A DNA stretch of 63,195 nucleotides, filler included. It is 9 parts of 9 records of this genome, joined end to end, with 100 filler letters (N's around TTAATTAATTAA, not from the genome) between each part and the next. Parts side by side here need not be neighbours in the genome. Positions count along the whole stretch, not along the records: positions 19,949 to 37,494 come from SRR7504441_3419; 8 more parts are not named here. One strand, written 5' to 3'. This document shows positions 22,331 through 32,900 of the stretch, in pieces. Each line of letters opens with the position of its first letter. The first letter of the stretch is position 1. Made by a program: the position numbers and the translations under genes. The notes below the pieces were generated by a model. It was not told the origin of the DNA, ran no database searches, and worked only from the letters and a program-made list of their open reading frames with translations.

Positions 22331-23828
22331 GATGACCGCGGCTGTGATGACCGGGTGCTGGGCCGTGCTGGTGCTGCTGGCGCTCGGTGCTGCCGGCGAG
22401 CCGTTCGACTGGCTGCTGGGCGCGCACCGCCACCTGGCCGGCCCCGCGGACCTGCTCCGGAGCCCCGACCTGCGCAGGCTGGCCGAGCTCCGGCCCGGCG
22501 GGGTGCTGATCGCCCCCGCCGGCCCGCAGACGCTGTCCGGGCTCAGGCGGGTGGCCCGGATGAGCCCGGACCAGCCGGGGGGCGACCCGTGGCGGCGGGT
22601 CAAACTGGGGGCGCTCGAGGGCGGTGAGGTGGCGCTGTTCTCCAAAGGGTTGCTGGACGACAGCGACCACTTCTGCCTGGGGGACTACGGGAACGAGTAC
22701 GGCGAGTACCGTTGGGGCGTGTTCTCGAGGTTCATTCAGCGGATGCTCGGCCGGTCCCCGCCGGCGCTCGCCGACTACTTCGAGCGGCAGGCGGAACTGT
22801 TCCGGATGCCTGTGGCCGGGCTGCGGGCCGCATTCAAGTTCCCGCACAGGACACGGGACGGGCGGGTGGTGTTCCGTTACCGCACCGGCGAGCGGCGAGA
22901 GATGACCGTGGAGCAGCTGCGGGCCGGGCTGGCCAGCGACCTGCAGTTTGCCCTGGCCGTGCACTCGGAGAGACTGTCGGTTGAGCTTGAGCCCGAGGGC
23001 TGGCTGCGGGTGAGCATCAGCGGCAACACGAGTGGGCTGGAAGACTACCGGCTGCATCCCAAGCAGCAGCCCTGGACCAGCTGGCGGGCTTACTTTGGGG
23101 ATGCTCAGGCGCAGCATTTGATAGTAATTGCCCAGACGCTCAGGGAGAAGGCGCTGATGGTCGACGACGACCTATCGGATCTGTACCGAGGTCAGGTGAC
23201 TGCGGCAGTCCCCGAGGGCGCAGTCAGTGTGTCGCTGATCTCATCGCACTGCGCCAGCTTTGGTCCAGCGCTTGCTTTGCATAAGATCGACTGCGTCGCT
23301 CCAACTGACCCCGCCGAGCACTCAACTGCAGGCGAGCAGTCGCCCTTGTATGCACTCGCGGCCAAGGAGAAGCTCTCCGGTGACTTGGGCGCGGCCGCCG
23401 AGTCCTCGCTCAAGACGATTGCTGCTCGGGCAGGCCGGCCGTGGCCCAATCTGGCGGTGCTGCATCTGGAGTCCGGGCAGGCCGCGTTGGAGTTGTTTGA
23501 AGGCCGCGAGCTGGCTCATGGCCGGCTGCGGAGCCTGGCGAGGCGGCTGCATCACGGGGTGGACCTGGTGCATGTGCACTCGTGCGCGCTGCCTCCGGAA
23601 GCGGTCGATGTGCTGGTTCCGGGTGGATTGGTTCTGGTGGAGGGATTGGACTGCCTGGAAGTTGAGGCGTTCGAGCAGTTTGTTGGCAGGGCTCAGCAGG
23701 TCGGCCATCTTGCAATCGGCAGGGGCATCGCTGTGATTGTAAAGCATGGCGAATACAAGGGAGCGCAGGCCGAGCGAACGCGATGGCCCCATGTGCCACC
23801 GCGACCACCGTCAAAGCTTGAATTATAA
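22331..23828 (+). CDS. Hypothetical secreted protein; C-terminus weakly resembles a SAM-dependent methyltransferase fold
   Basis: Long GC3-rich ORF with signal peptide. VDLVHVH...LVPGGLVLVE resembles methyltransferase motifs II/III. Confidence 0.5.
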
Positions 23829-23913
23829 TCTCTGTATAAGCTATTAATTGATGTAGATCTACGTAGTAAAAACAGACACACTCTTTTCTGATAATTGTAA
23901 TTGGAACAAAAAT

Positions 23914-24315
23914 TTAATGCGTATGCTGAACTTGAAGGTGCACGTCCAGCCCCAATCGTGATCGTGACACTTTCATGAAACCCGCATCGTAGAGCCCTCC
24001 TGTCCTATTCTTTACAATCATCATCGCTATCTCTTTGTGACCATTCTTAAGTGCCTTCATTTGTGCAGTGTTGCCTTGCTTGTCCTGCAGGTCTAGCCGC
24101 GCCCCCGCCCTCATCAGCTCTACTGCTGTGGTCATGTGCCCTTCGCCAGCTGCCCGCGTCAGCGCGCTCCCTCCGTGATTGTCCTGCAGGTCCACTGCAG
24201 CTCTACTGTCGATCAGCGCCGCAACGGTCTCGGTGCGGCCCTTGTGGGCTGCTGCAATCAGCGGAGTCCAGCCATACTTACCTCGCACCTGCAGCGGCGC
24301 ACCAGCCACTGCCAC
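23914..24315 (-). CDS. Ankyrin-repeat protein lacking a recognisable 5' end (possible truncated gene)
   Basis: Repeats GWTPLIAAAHKG, GGSALTRAAGEGH and GNTAQMKALKNGH. No upstream ATG; the ORF begins with an acceptor-like ...ctgcag. Confidence 0.75.
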   Translation of the reverse strand: MAVAGAPLQVRGKYGWTPLIAAAHKGRTETVAALIDSRAAVDLQDNHGGSALTRAAGEGHMTTAVELMRAGARLDLQDKQGNTAQMKALKNGHKEIAMMIVKNRTGGLYDAGFMKVSRSRLGLDVHLQVQHTH

Positions 24316-24532
24316 GTAGCTACGTATACTCGTACGTATACAATAGAATAAAAATGGTTGATCATGGATCAGAAGCTAGACAATCTTGAAGGGTAACAAA
24401 GGTTCGATCCCCATGACGTGCATTATACGCTCAGAAAGTCTCTAGTTTACAAGTCGAGATCAAGGGTGCTAGTCGGTGCTTATGAGTAGTGCCGAGTGTG
24501 CGTGGTGTAACGAATGAATCGGTAGGCCCAAA

Positions 24533-25804
24533 TCAGGCCCATGATCCAGTGAACGCCACGTGTTTGAGCTGAGGCGCCCAGAGCATCACGTCAGGCGGCG
24601 TCGGGGACGGTGTCTGCTTGATTCCTGCACGGGATTCCCGATTGGTGAGTGAATACTCGCGGAAAGTGATTTCTAGATCCACTAGTCTGGGACAGGCCGG
24701 GAGCAGACGGGCCAGGAAGCCCTCAATCAGCGCGGTTTGGTCCTTGCTGTTGAGAGCAAGCTGTTCTGGAGTGGCCGCCTCTCCATACCGGTTCGACATC
24801 TTGAGAGTCAGCTTGAGCTGTTCCAACCTACTGAGTGCTGGGAACGCTGCCGTGCTCTGCAGAAATGGGTCAGGATCATCGCGTTTAATCACGATTTGGA
24901 TGGTCAGACTGGTCAGTTCCGGCAGCTGGGCGCCGATGCAGTTCCACACACTGATGCTCTTGTTGAGAGTCAAACTATCCCACCATCCATATCCTGTGTG
25001 CTCAAGAGTGAGCCGTTGAAGAATCGATGAGCCGCCATCTCGGAGGGTGGCAAGTCCAAGCTGCTGGATCAACTGGGCGTCCACCTGTGTTCGATCAAGT
25101 TCGATTGAGATAATCGAGTGGTTGGCTGCTATCAGCTGGAGCTTGGCTGCAAGCTCGGCTTTTGTGTCCTCGAACCGCACGACTCGCAGTTTGCTCCAGT
25201 GTGTGCTGGCGGTCTTCAATACTGCGTCCTTGAATTTCCGCCCGCTGAGTGTCACCACCTCGACCTCGGTAAACGCCTTGACCGCTAGATTGATGTCTTT
25301 GGCGTGCTCCCACTCGCCTTGAAGCGTGAGGTCGCGCACGTGCGGCAGCATGTTCAATCGGGCCAAGTAGGGGACGATAACCCGCAGCGCGTGCTTGGGC
25401 AGCCCCATGTTGCGTGGTTGGTACGTGCTCAGGTGCAGGATCCGCCAGAGCGCCGGCTGCTCGGCCAGCGATCGCCAGCCGGTGCAGGTGCACAGTACGT
25501 TCATGATGGTTCGGGCGCAGCTGCCGGCGATGATCGACAGGTGAAGCTCCAGGCTCAGCCGCTGGAACGGCCCACTAAATGAGCGCAGCTCGCCCGCCGC
25601 TACGGCCACCCGGGCGATTTTGGCCTGCCGCTTGGCGGCGGGCAGGGCCTGCTCGACCTTACGCTGGTCGATCGGCTGATGATCGGCCATCGAGCCGAGC
25701 ACCAGCTTCTCCAGCTCCGCTCGGCTGAGTCGGGCCACGAGCGTCTCGGCAGAGACCTCATCGGCCGCCCCGCTAGCTGCCTTCTTCCCACGCTTGGGTG
25801 GCAT
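24533..25804 (-). CDS. F-box / LRR (RNI-like) protein
   Basis: F-box FQRLSLELHLSII...CTGWRSLAEQPALWRILHL followed by LxxLxL repeats. ATG at 25804. Confidence 0.8.
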   Translation of the reverse strand: MPPKRGKKAASGAADEVSAETLVARLSRAELEKLVLGSMADHQPIDQRKVEQALPAAKRQAKIARVAVAAGELRSFSGPFQRLSLELHLSIIAGSCARTIMNVLCTCTGWRSLAEQPALWRILHLSTYQPRNMGLPKHALRVIVPYLARLNMLPHVRDLTLQGEWEHAKDINLAVKAFTEVEVVTLSGRKFKDAVLKTASTHWSKLRVVRFEDTKAELAAKLQLIAANHSIISIELDRTQVDAQLIQQLGLATLRDGGSSILQRLTLEHTGYGWWDSLTLNKSISVWNCIGAQLPELTSLTIQIVIKRDDPDPFLQSTAAFPALSRLEQLKLTLKMSNRYGEAATPEQLALNSKDQTALIEGFLARLLPACPRLVDLEITFREYSLTNRESRAGIKQTPSPTPPDVMLWAPQLKHVAFTGSWA

Positions 25805-25850
25805 TCTCACGGGCGCGTCTCGGTCTCTCGTCGGAGGTGCAGCTGCAGGC

Positions 25851-25875
25851 GCCTTCTCGAACTCGCCAACGGAAC
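25851..25875 (+). repeat. 25-bp exact direct repeat, copy 1 (GCCTTCTCGAACTCGCCAACGGAAC)
   Basis: Identical to 27345-27369. Both copies are preceded by CGGAGGTG. Confidence 0.9.
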
Positions 25876-26262
25876 GTCCACGCGTGGACAAGCGTATCCT
25901 GACACAACAGACCACAGCACGATGTTTAAAAATGAAGTTCGAGGGTGTGTGCAATTTATGTTTCAAACCGGAGCGAGAGCACGGGGCGTGGAATGGTGAA
26001 ATACTGTGATCGTCTTTGCTAGCGGGCTGATTGGCAGGCACACAAACAATCGTGCCGTGAACAGCAGAGGAAACACAACACCACTGGAAACTCTGGCAGA
26101 GCCGTGCAGAGGAACAACCGGTGTCCCTGTTGCAACTGCTTTAATGAGCTTCGTGCGCATTTTTGTCAGCTTCCGCCGGTTCTTTTTGAAAGCCTCAGAC
26201 ATGCTGGGTCCCTGTCATGGGCTCTTCATCCCAGCAAAGTCGATGCCGCATTGAGATCTCGC

Positions 26263-26346
26263 CTGCCGATGTTCGTCTTTCCCGTGCAAGTGTTGCTGCC
26301 GGGAGAGGCTACTGAGTTCATAATGCTTGAGCCACGCTACTTTAGG
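26263..26346 (+). pseudogene. Fragment of a LON substrate-binding (LON N-terminal/PUA-like) domain
   Basis: LPMFVFPVQVLLPGEATEFIMLEPRY matches the LP.F....VL.PG....L...EPRY start of this domain. No continuation is visible before the convergent GH16 gene. Confidence 0.55.
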
Positions 26347-26365
26347 GTTAGGCACATGCTCTGTG

Positions 26366-27262
26366 CTATCTCTTGGAGCACGAGCGCACGTAGTCCACCT
26401 TATGGTAGGTCGGGAAGGTCGTCGACGCGTTTGGTGCTGAGGCCCAGGTGCCCTCGCCACCGACCGCCGTGTTCAGGATGAGAAAAAACGGCAGGTCGGA
26501 GAACTCGGCCTTGTCTGCCTTGATCGTTGTGTTGAGCACTGTGATCCCGTCGACCACGAATGCGAGGTGGTCTTGCGTGTGCTCGACTGCGAACTCGTGA
26601 TAGGTGCTGCCCCAGTCCTGAGGCAACGCCGCGCACTCGTGGGCAGAGAGGTGCCCGACCGGGAAAGTGCAGTTCTGCTGCGGCCAGGTCGTCTGCCAGT
26701 GGTACGTGCCGCAGGCCTGTCCATTCCCCTGCACCATCTCCAAGATGTCCACCTCCCCTCCGTCAGGGTCGCACATTCCGCCCTTCACGGGATCGTCTCG
26801 GACGGCCTCCGGCATGAGCCAGTGCGCCGGCCAGATGCCGGCGCCTCCGCCCGGAACGGTGCCGCCGGGCAGCATGGCCCGGACACAGAGCCGGTAGCCC
26901 GCGCCCCCGGCGACGCTCCAGTTAACCTTCCTGCGGGTGACCACGCCGCCGCTGGTGAAGTTGAAGCAGCCCGCGGCGGGGGAGCACGAGTGCGCGGCGT
27001 CGGTCTTGATGACCAGGTTGCCGTGGCCGTCGAGGAAGACGTTCTCCGGCAGGCACTTGCCGTAGCGGCCCACACCGAAGCCGCACTGCCCGTCGATGTT
27101 CCTCTGGTATTTAGTCCATCTGCTGGCGTTGAGGGCCGTGCCGTCAAACTCTTCCGCGAAGGAGCGCGGCCAGTCGGGAGTTGGGGTGCAGAAGCTGGCG
27201 GGAGAGGCGGGGGCGATGGTTAGTGCTCCCCAGAGGAGGAGGGGGTGGAGGAGCGGGAGCAT
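26366..27262 (-). CDS. Glycoside hydrolase family 16 (laminarinase-like), secreted
   Basis: Signal peptide, FAEEFDG, FTSG, GIWPAHWLMP, catalytic EVDILE, FFLILNTAVGG and VDYVR. Confidence 0.93.
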   Translation of the reverse strand: MLPLLHPLLLWGALTIAPASPASFCTPTPDWPRSFAEEFDGTALNASRWTKYQRNIDGQCGFGVGRYGKCLPENVFLDGHGNLVIKTDAAHSCSPAAGCFNFTSGGVVTRRKVNWSVAGGAGYRLCVRAMLPGGTVPGGGAGIWPAHWLMPEAVRDDPVKGGMCDPDGGEVDILEMVQGNGQACGTYHWQTTWPQQNCTFPVGHLSAHECAALPQDWGSTYHEFAVEHTQDHLAFVVDGITVLNTTIKADKAEFSDLPFFLILNTAVGGEGTWASAPNASTTFPTYHKVDYVRSCSKR

Positions 27263-27344
27263 GATGGGCTGTGAGTAGTGATATCTGCGTGTTCACGTCA
27301 TATGGTGATGCGAGAGGACTCCGGAGGTGGTGAGACGCAGAGGT

Positions 27345-27369
27345 GCCTTCTCGAACTCGCCAACGGAAC
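27345..27369 (+). repeat. 25-bp exact direct repeat, copy 2
   Basis: Identical to 25851-25875. Lies in the divergent GH16 / ankyrin-RRM promoter. Confidence 0.9.
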
Positions 27370-27409
27370 AACGTGGCTCGTCGTGCGTCTTGCCTGGAGG
27401 TGAGCGGCG

Positions 27410-28773
27410 ATGCCGGTGGTGCTGCCGCACTACCTGTCGTTCAGGAGCCACACGCAGATCGCGACCGATCGGGCCCCGGAGCGGGAGTCGATCGCTGGGG
27501 TGCTCGCGGCGCAGGGGAAGGATGTGCTGGCCGCGTGCACAAAGGGGGACCTCGGGCTCCTACGAGCGCTGCTGGCGGATGGCAGCGATACTTCGGCGGC
27601 GGACGAGCTCGGCAACACAGCGCTGCATATCGTGGCCGCCGATGGCGACTTGAGGCTGCTCGAGCTCTTGCTGCCTGCGTGCGAGCTCAGTTCGACCAAC
27701 AAGGCCGGGCTGACCGCGCTACATCTCGCGGTGCATTGGGGACACCGCGATGCCGCGCTCCGGCTGATAGAGAGCGGTGCGGCGGCCGACGTGGCCGATA
27801 GCGACGGGGAGTTGCCGCTGCACCTGGCGGTGCGCAACCAGGACGCGGAGTGTGTCCGGTTGCTAGTGGCGGCGCAAGGCTGCACCACGCTGCCGAACCA
27901 GAAGGGGGTCTCAGCGCTGGAGATGGCCACGGGGGGCAAGCTTTTAGACATAACTGCCATTCTGGAGGGGCCGGTGCCAGCGATGCCTCTGTCCAAGAGG
28001 AAGCGAGATGAGCGGGCTGTGCTGATGGTGCCTGCCACCGGCTGTGCTTGCTCACCGGCGGGTCACAGGAGCTGAGCAAGGGCGATAAGATCCGGTATAA
28101 AAAGACCGGCGAGGAGGTTTTGGTGCTGGGAGTCCACCTACAGGACGCCGACCCGTACTGCACAGTCCAAATGCCAGACGGGACAGAGCGGCAGACCACC
28201 GCAGTGCACCTCGAGATTCCCGTGACAGACTCGGCCGAGCGTAAGGCCAAGCGGCTCAAGACGGAGCCAACCAAGGGCAACAGCTCAGTCTATGTGCCTG
28301 CGTGGGCTTGGGGGCAATTGAGCGGGTGGGCCAGGTGAGCGGGCTGCTCCCGGAGGACGCAAATGACGAGTTTGTGCGGTCGCTGTTCAGTCCGTTTGGG
28401 GGTATTTTGAACATCAAACTCTACCGGAACCAGTGGGGCAAGCCCAAGGGCGACGCGTTGGTGGTGCTGCTGACCGATGCGGAGATGAGGAAGGCCGTCA
28501 AGGCGCTCAATGGAAAGGAGGTCCACAGTCGGCTTGGCCAACTGGCTGAGCTCGCCGCAGGTGCGAAGCGGCGTGCCGATTAGCGTGGAGAGTGCGGACT
28601 TCAACAAGAAGCAGCCGGCCAAGCCTGCTGTGGCGCCCAACCCTCGAAGCGTGTTTGGTGTACCTTTGCCCATGCAGTTCCCAGTGCCCATTCCCAAGCA
28701 AATGGACCTGGCTAACAAGTCGGCGGCAATTGCCAAGGAGGTGGAGGCTCTCAAAGCAATGCTAGGCAAGTAA
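27410..28773 (+). CDS. Ankyrin repeats + small beta domain + HTATSF1/Cus2-like RRM, 3 introns
   Basis: Ankyrin repeats GNTALH, GLTALH and GELPLH. Spliced RRM SSVY|VSGLLP..IKLYRNQWGKPKGDALV..ALNGKE|VRSGVPISVESADF. ~40-nt GT-AG introns. Confidence 0.8.
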
Positions 28774-29036
28774 GCCCGCCCTACCCGCCTGGAGAAGTTA
28801 TGATTTCTACACGTTGGTCAGTCCTACTCTAGTTCTACTCAGTCAGGTGTCTAAGATGACTTCAGGATTGAGCGGTGAACCATTTTTATTCTACTAAATC
28901 ATCATAATTTTAGAACTATAGTGTCCATGCTGCCGGGCAGGCATGTCGAAGTACTTCCGAGAAATCCAGGCTCCCTTTAGGCCTCGCCGGGCTCCCTTGG
29001 CACTAGACCCTAGCTTATGTATAATTATGTGGGGAT

Positions 29037-29831
29037 TCAATGAGGGCTTCCTCCCAGCTCAGAGTATGTGCGTGCCAACTCTGATTCCCGGTGCAGGGAG
29101 CCGCTGTGATACGAATGCGCGTACTCGTCCATCTCGGAGACTGGGGTGAGCGACGGCATGTTGACTGGGGTGGTTGGGGCTCCAACTGGGCTAGGATTGT
29201 CTTGATCGTCATTGACGTAATCACCAAGTTCTTGGGTTTTCCCCAAGGTCACATCAACCTGGCTTTCATGCACTTGAGCTGCAGAGCTGAGCACTTGATT
29301 CAGACCGTGTTTGATGCCTTCCTGAAGGTTATCACTGACTCTCTGCTGCAGCTGGACCCTCACAGAGGCCACCAGTTCCTCCTCTTCGTCCCTCTGTGCC
29401 ACCAGTTGAGCCCCATACAGCGCAAGCCCTTTCGTGTCCGGCTTCTGTGTGCGCTTGGCTCTCACAGTGTGCGGCCTGCCCTCTTTCCTGGGAGTCCGAG
29501 TCCTGACAGAATGCGGTCGACTGTCTGTCTTCGAAGTTCCTGTCCTCGCAGATTCTGGCCGACACTCCGTCTTTGGAGTCCTCGCAGAGTCAGGCCGGAG
29601 CGAAGACCTTGAGTAGCCGCCCGGAATCGCGCTTAATCGCTCGGTCCGGAGCTCCTGCCCGCCTTGTGGGCCTAGATCAGCCAGCGGCGTACCAGAGGAA
29701 GAATTCCGGCCCTTGAGCTCGGTCGAGCCTCGACCCGGCCTGGCCGCCCGGCGGGCCCGGTCCACCCGTCGGCTGTTCAGCGACATGGTGGTGCGGCCAC
29801 AGGAGGACCACATTCGGACCGGGCTTTCCAT
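29037..29831 (-). CDS. Hypothetical protein (RP.S/T.R repeats plus coiled coil)
   Basis: 264-aa ORF starting at ATG with repeated RPxSxRT units. No family recognised. Confidence 0.5.
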   Translation of the reverse strand: MESPVRMWSSCGRTTMSLNSRRVDRARRAARPGRGSTELKGRNSSSGTPLADLGPQGGQELRTERLSAIPGGYSRSSLRPDSARTPKTECRPESARTGTSKTDSRPHSVRTRTPRKEGRPHTVRAKRTQKPDTKGLALYGAQLVAQRDEEEELVASVRVQLQQRVSDNLQEGIKHGLNQVLSSAAQVHESQVDVTLGKTQELGDYVNDDQDNPSPVGAPTTPVNMPSLTPVSEMDEYAHSYHSGSLHRESELARTYSELGGSPH

Positions 29832-29979
29832 TGCTGCCGGGAACCCAGGATTAGGCTCTAGACTCTACTGACCGTCAGGTAGCTAGGCGGACGTGAGAGG
29901 GTCAGACGTTTTCAATATACGCGTTTACAAGTCGTACGTATACGTGTGTTTATAAAGGACAACTCATACTAAATACTTG

Positions 29980-32900
29980 TCACTTGCGAAGGCTGTCTTC
30001 AATCTCCACTCGCTCCTTCTTTAGCTCGGCTGCTTTCCTATATTCGCCCGAACCGACGGCTTCCTTGATTTGGGTTTGTACCTCTTCAAGTCGGTCCTCC
30101 GGAGCAGCTGCAGCTCCGTTCTTCTGGCGCTCTTTTTGCCGCTTCCTTTGCTCTCGTCGCTTAGCACTAGTACGTTTGCCAGACTGGGTTTCCTGGTCCT
30201 GTGTAGAGCTGTTTCTGCATTCCTGTTTTGATTCCTTGTTGCTGGTGTTGACCTGCCTTTGGGGCACAGGATGCGGAGCTGCTGGCGCTGGCAAAGGAAT
30301 CGCAACAGAATTGAGCTGTCGCTTCGACTCGGCTGCATCTTGCCGCGCGTCATTCACTTCAGAGGGGCCTAGCAACGTATCTGTGCTGATCAATGGTTTC
30401 TTCTTCTTCTTCTTCTTCTTGGACTTTGGCTTCTGATCTGGGTCAGTCTTGCTATCTTGCTCTTGGCTTGTGGTAGGCTCAGCCGTTGGCAGCGGCAGGC
30501 TCTGCTGCTTCACTTTCTGCTTCTTTTTGCCTGCTTTGTCCTTAGCCTTCACAGCCGGCCCCACACTGCTAGAGTTGGTATGATGAGCTAAGACGACCGT
30601 GCCACTTCCTTTCTTTGCGGGTTGAAATGTCAATTCAGAGCTGAACAGCTTGCACAGCCCCTGGACGCCACCCTGTTGCTTCAGAGTGAGACGAGCCGTC
30701 GGGTGCCTGCCAGCACAGACCAGCCTCAGTCAGGCTAGGCTATTGCTCGAGCTACCGCGTATAGAGCTCAGTGCATAACACAGAGTTGTCCATCTTGCAA
30801 TTCCCGCTATGTAACAATTCGACCATCCAGTCTCTCACTTCTCGTACAGATGCCGCCGATTGCTTGGCTTTGGCATCAGGCTGCTTGGTCAGGGATTTTC
30901 CAGCCGCAGATTGGCTACTCTTCGGTACAGGAATGTCAGGTTGCGGTGCAAGCTGGCTGCTACTATCTGCTCCAGGCCTGAACGGTGGAGCAGCCGCATT
31001 AAAGATAATACTCTGTGAAGTTTCTTGGTGCTTCTTTCTGGATTGCGCCACCCGGGCGACTCTAGCAGGAGCGTCCCGCGCAACCAGGGCGACGCTCTTT
31101 TGGTGCGCTGTAGACCTTGCCACTGCGGTCGGTTTGCGACTGGCGTTTGCAATGGGCAACGATATGACGCGAGACCTATGATCAAAGGAGAACGACTGGG
31201 GAAGCTGGCTACACAATGCTTCGAGACCCCCTATGCGTTCTAGTAGAGCGTGGTTCTTGGCAGACTGCTTTTTGAGCAGCTCCTTCTTGCATTGGGCCTC
31301 GGTGGCCCGACCACGCTTAGCGTTGAGAAAATCCATGAGTTGGTTAACAAGAGGCCAAAATAGTTTCATTCCCACTGCCGATCGCTGCGGAGGAGCTCCA
31401 TTTGATCTTGATGGCTGTTTGCTCGCGCCGTGGCTTGGCATAGGAACAGCATTGCCGCCCTCATTGTGCTGCAGTCTCGGGTTCTGATATACATCGGGTA
31501 GCAAATCTTCCCAAGACTGCTGTAGGGCCTCCTGGTCGTGAGGAGTTGAATCGCAGCACTGCATCAACAAAGCATCGAGTTCTTCGCGCAGCTTTCGGTC
31601 AGCCCTGAATTCTTCTGTAGCTCTAAGCTTGTCGCATATCTCTTCGGCAGCCTCGTAACAAGCCATATCTAACGAGCACTCAAGCCACTCTGGCGCCTCA
31701 TATCCAACACACAACAAGGCCACAGCGGCCCAGTCTGGCCCTGGTAAAACTGTGAGTTGCTCTACAAGCACCATTCCTTCATTCATTTGAAGCCCAGTGT
31801 TATACACAGCGTAGACTCCGTTACGGCAACTGGTGGTATCGATCGCAACCTTCATCAACGAGCATTCGTCCTTCACTATCTGCACCAACATGGGTCATGG
31901 ACTACTGCACCAGCATGGGCAATGAAAATTAATACTAAATACACGCGCTACCGCTGAGAATTTCGCTTTTTTTCTTTCGTTGTTGTGCCACCCTTGCCAA
32001 TCAAAGCCCATCCTCACAGCTAGCTTTGCTTCGAGGCAGTTCTCTTCGCACGGCCAATCTGCCTCACCGGCCGCCCCAGCCTCGCTGGATGGTGGCAGCA
32101 GTAGCACCAGCGCTGGCCTGCCCTTCTCCCGCCGCCTTCGACGACCATGTGCTGCCGCCAGCAATAGCCGGGCCCCAAGCGGCTGGTCGGCCACCAGAGC
32201 GGATGCGCTGCAAGTGGCGATCTGTTCCGGTTCAGAGTGCTCGAATTGGATATGAACAGTACGCGGCTTATCCTTCGAGCCGCCACGATGGTTCCAGCTT
32301 GTACCGAACTCCTTCTGTAGCATTGGCTTTACCTGCTGAACAAGGTTGTGCTGCTCTGACACGAAGTCAAGCTTGGCTGAGCTCTCGGATGAGTTCAGTA
32401 CCAATGCAGCCAGCGACCAACTGCATCCAAGCATCTTCTTGTGCACTTCTTTCATGTAGCCGCACTGCAGCTGCAGCGCGCACCAAGGCTGGCCTCGAAA
32501 CATCTGCTGCTCCCTTTGGGCCTTGCCCAGACCGAGCTGCTCAACAACTGCATCGATGCTCTCTACAGAATGCTTGATGAACACAGCGAGTTGTCCTTCA
32601 GAGCCCTTTCTGAAATAGAGTAAAGCTGCTACTTCCGGCTCAATCTCCCTCACAAGACCTTCAACGAGCATGATAGCATGTTTCCAATCTTTCAGTCGTG
32701 GTTTGACAGAGACAAGTGACTCAACAACCCTTGGCACAGAGACGCACCAAGAGACACAGCTAGGCATCAGCGCTCTGAGTTGAGATTCGTTGACTCCAGG
32801 CTTAGCTGCGTCAATTGGAGAGAGTTCTGCTGTGCGATCTGGCAGTTCGCTTTTGCGGTGGCTCTTAGGCGCAGTTGCTTTCAGCAAGTGCCCCGGATTC

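Noticed and set aside
24395-24425. GGTTCGATCCC, like a tRNA T-loop or box B
   Set aside because: The flanking T-stem does not pair and no cloverleaf can be built.
31895-31897. In-frame TGA between two same-frame ORFs, suggesting readthrough or selenocysteine
   Set aside because: It lies within a canonical 72-nt GT-AG intron (31880-31951). Other genes use TGA as a normal stop.
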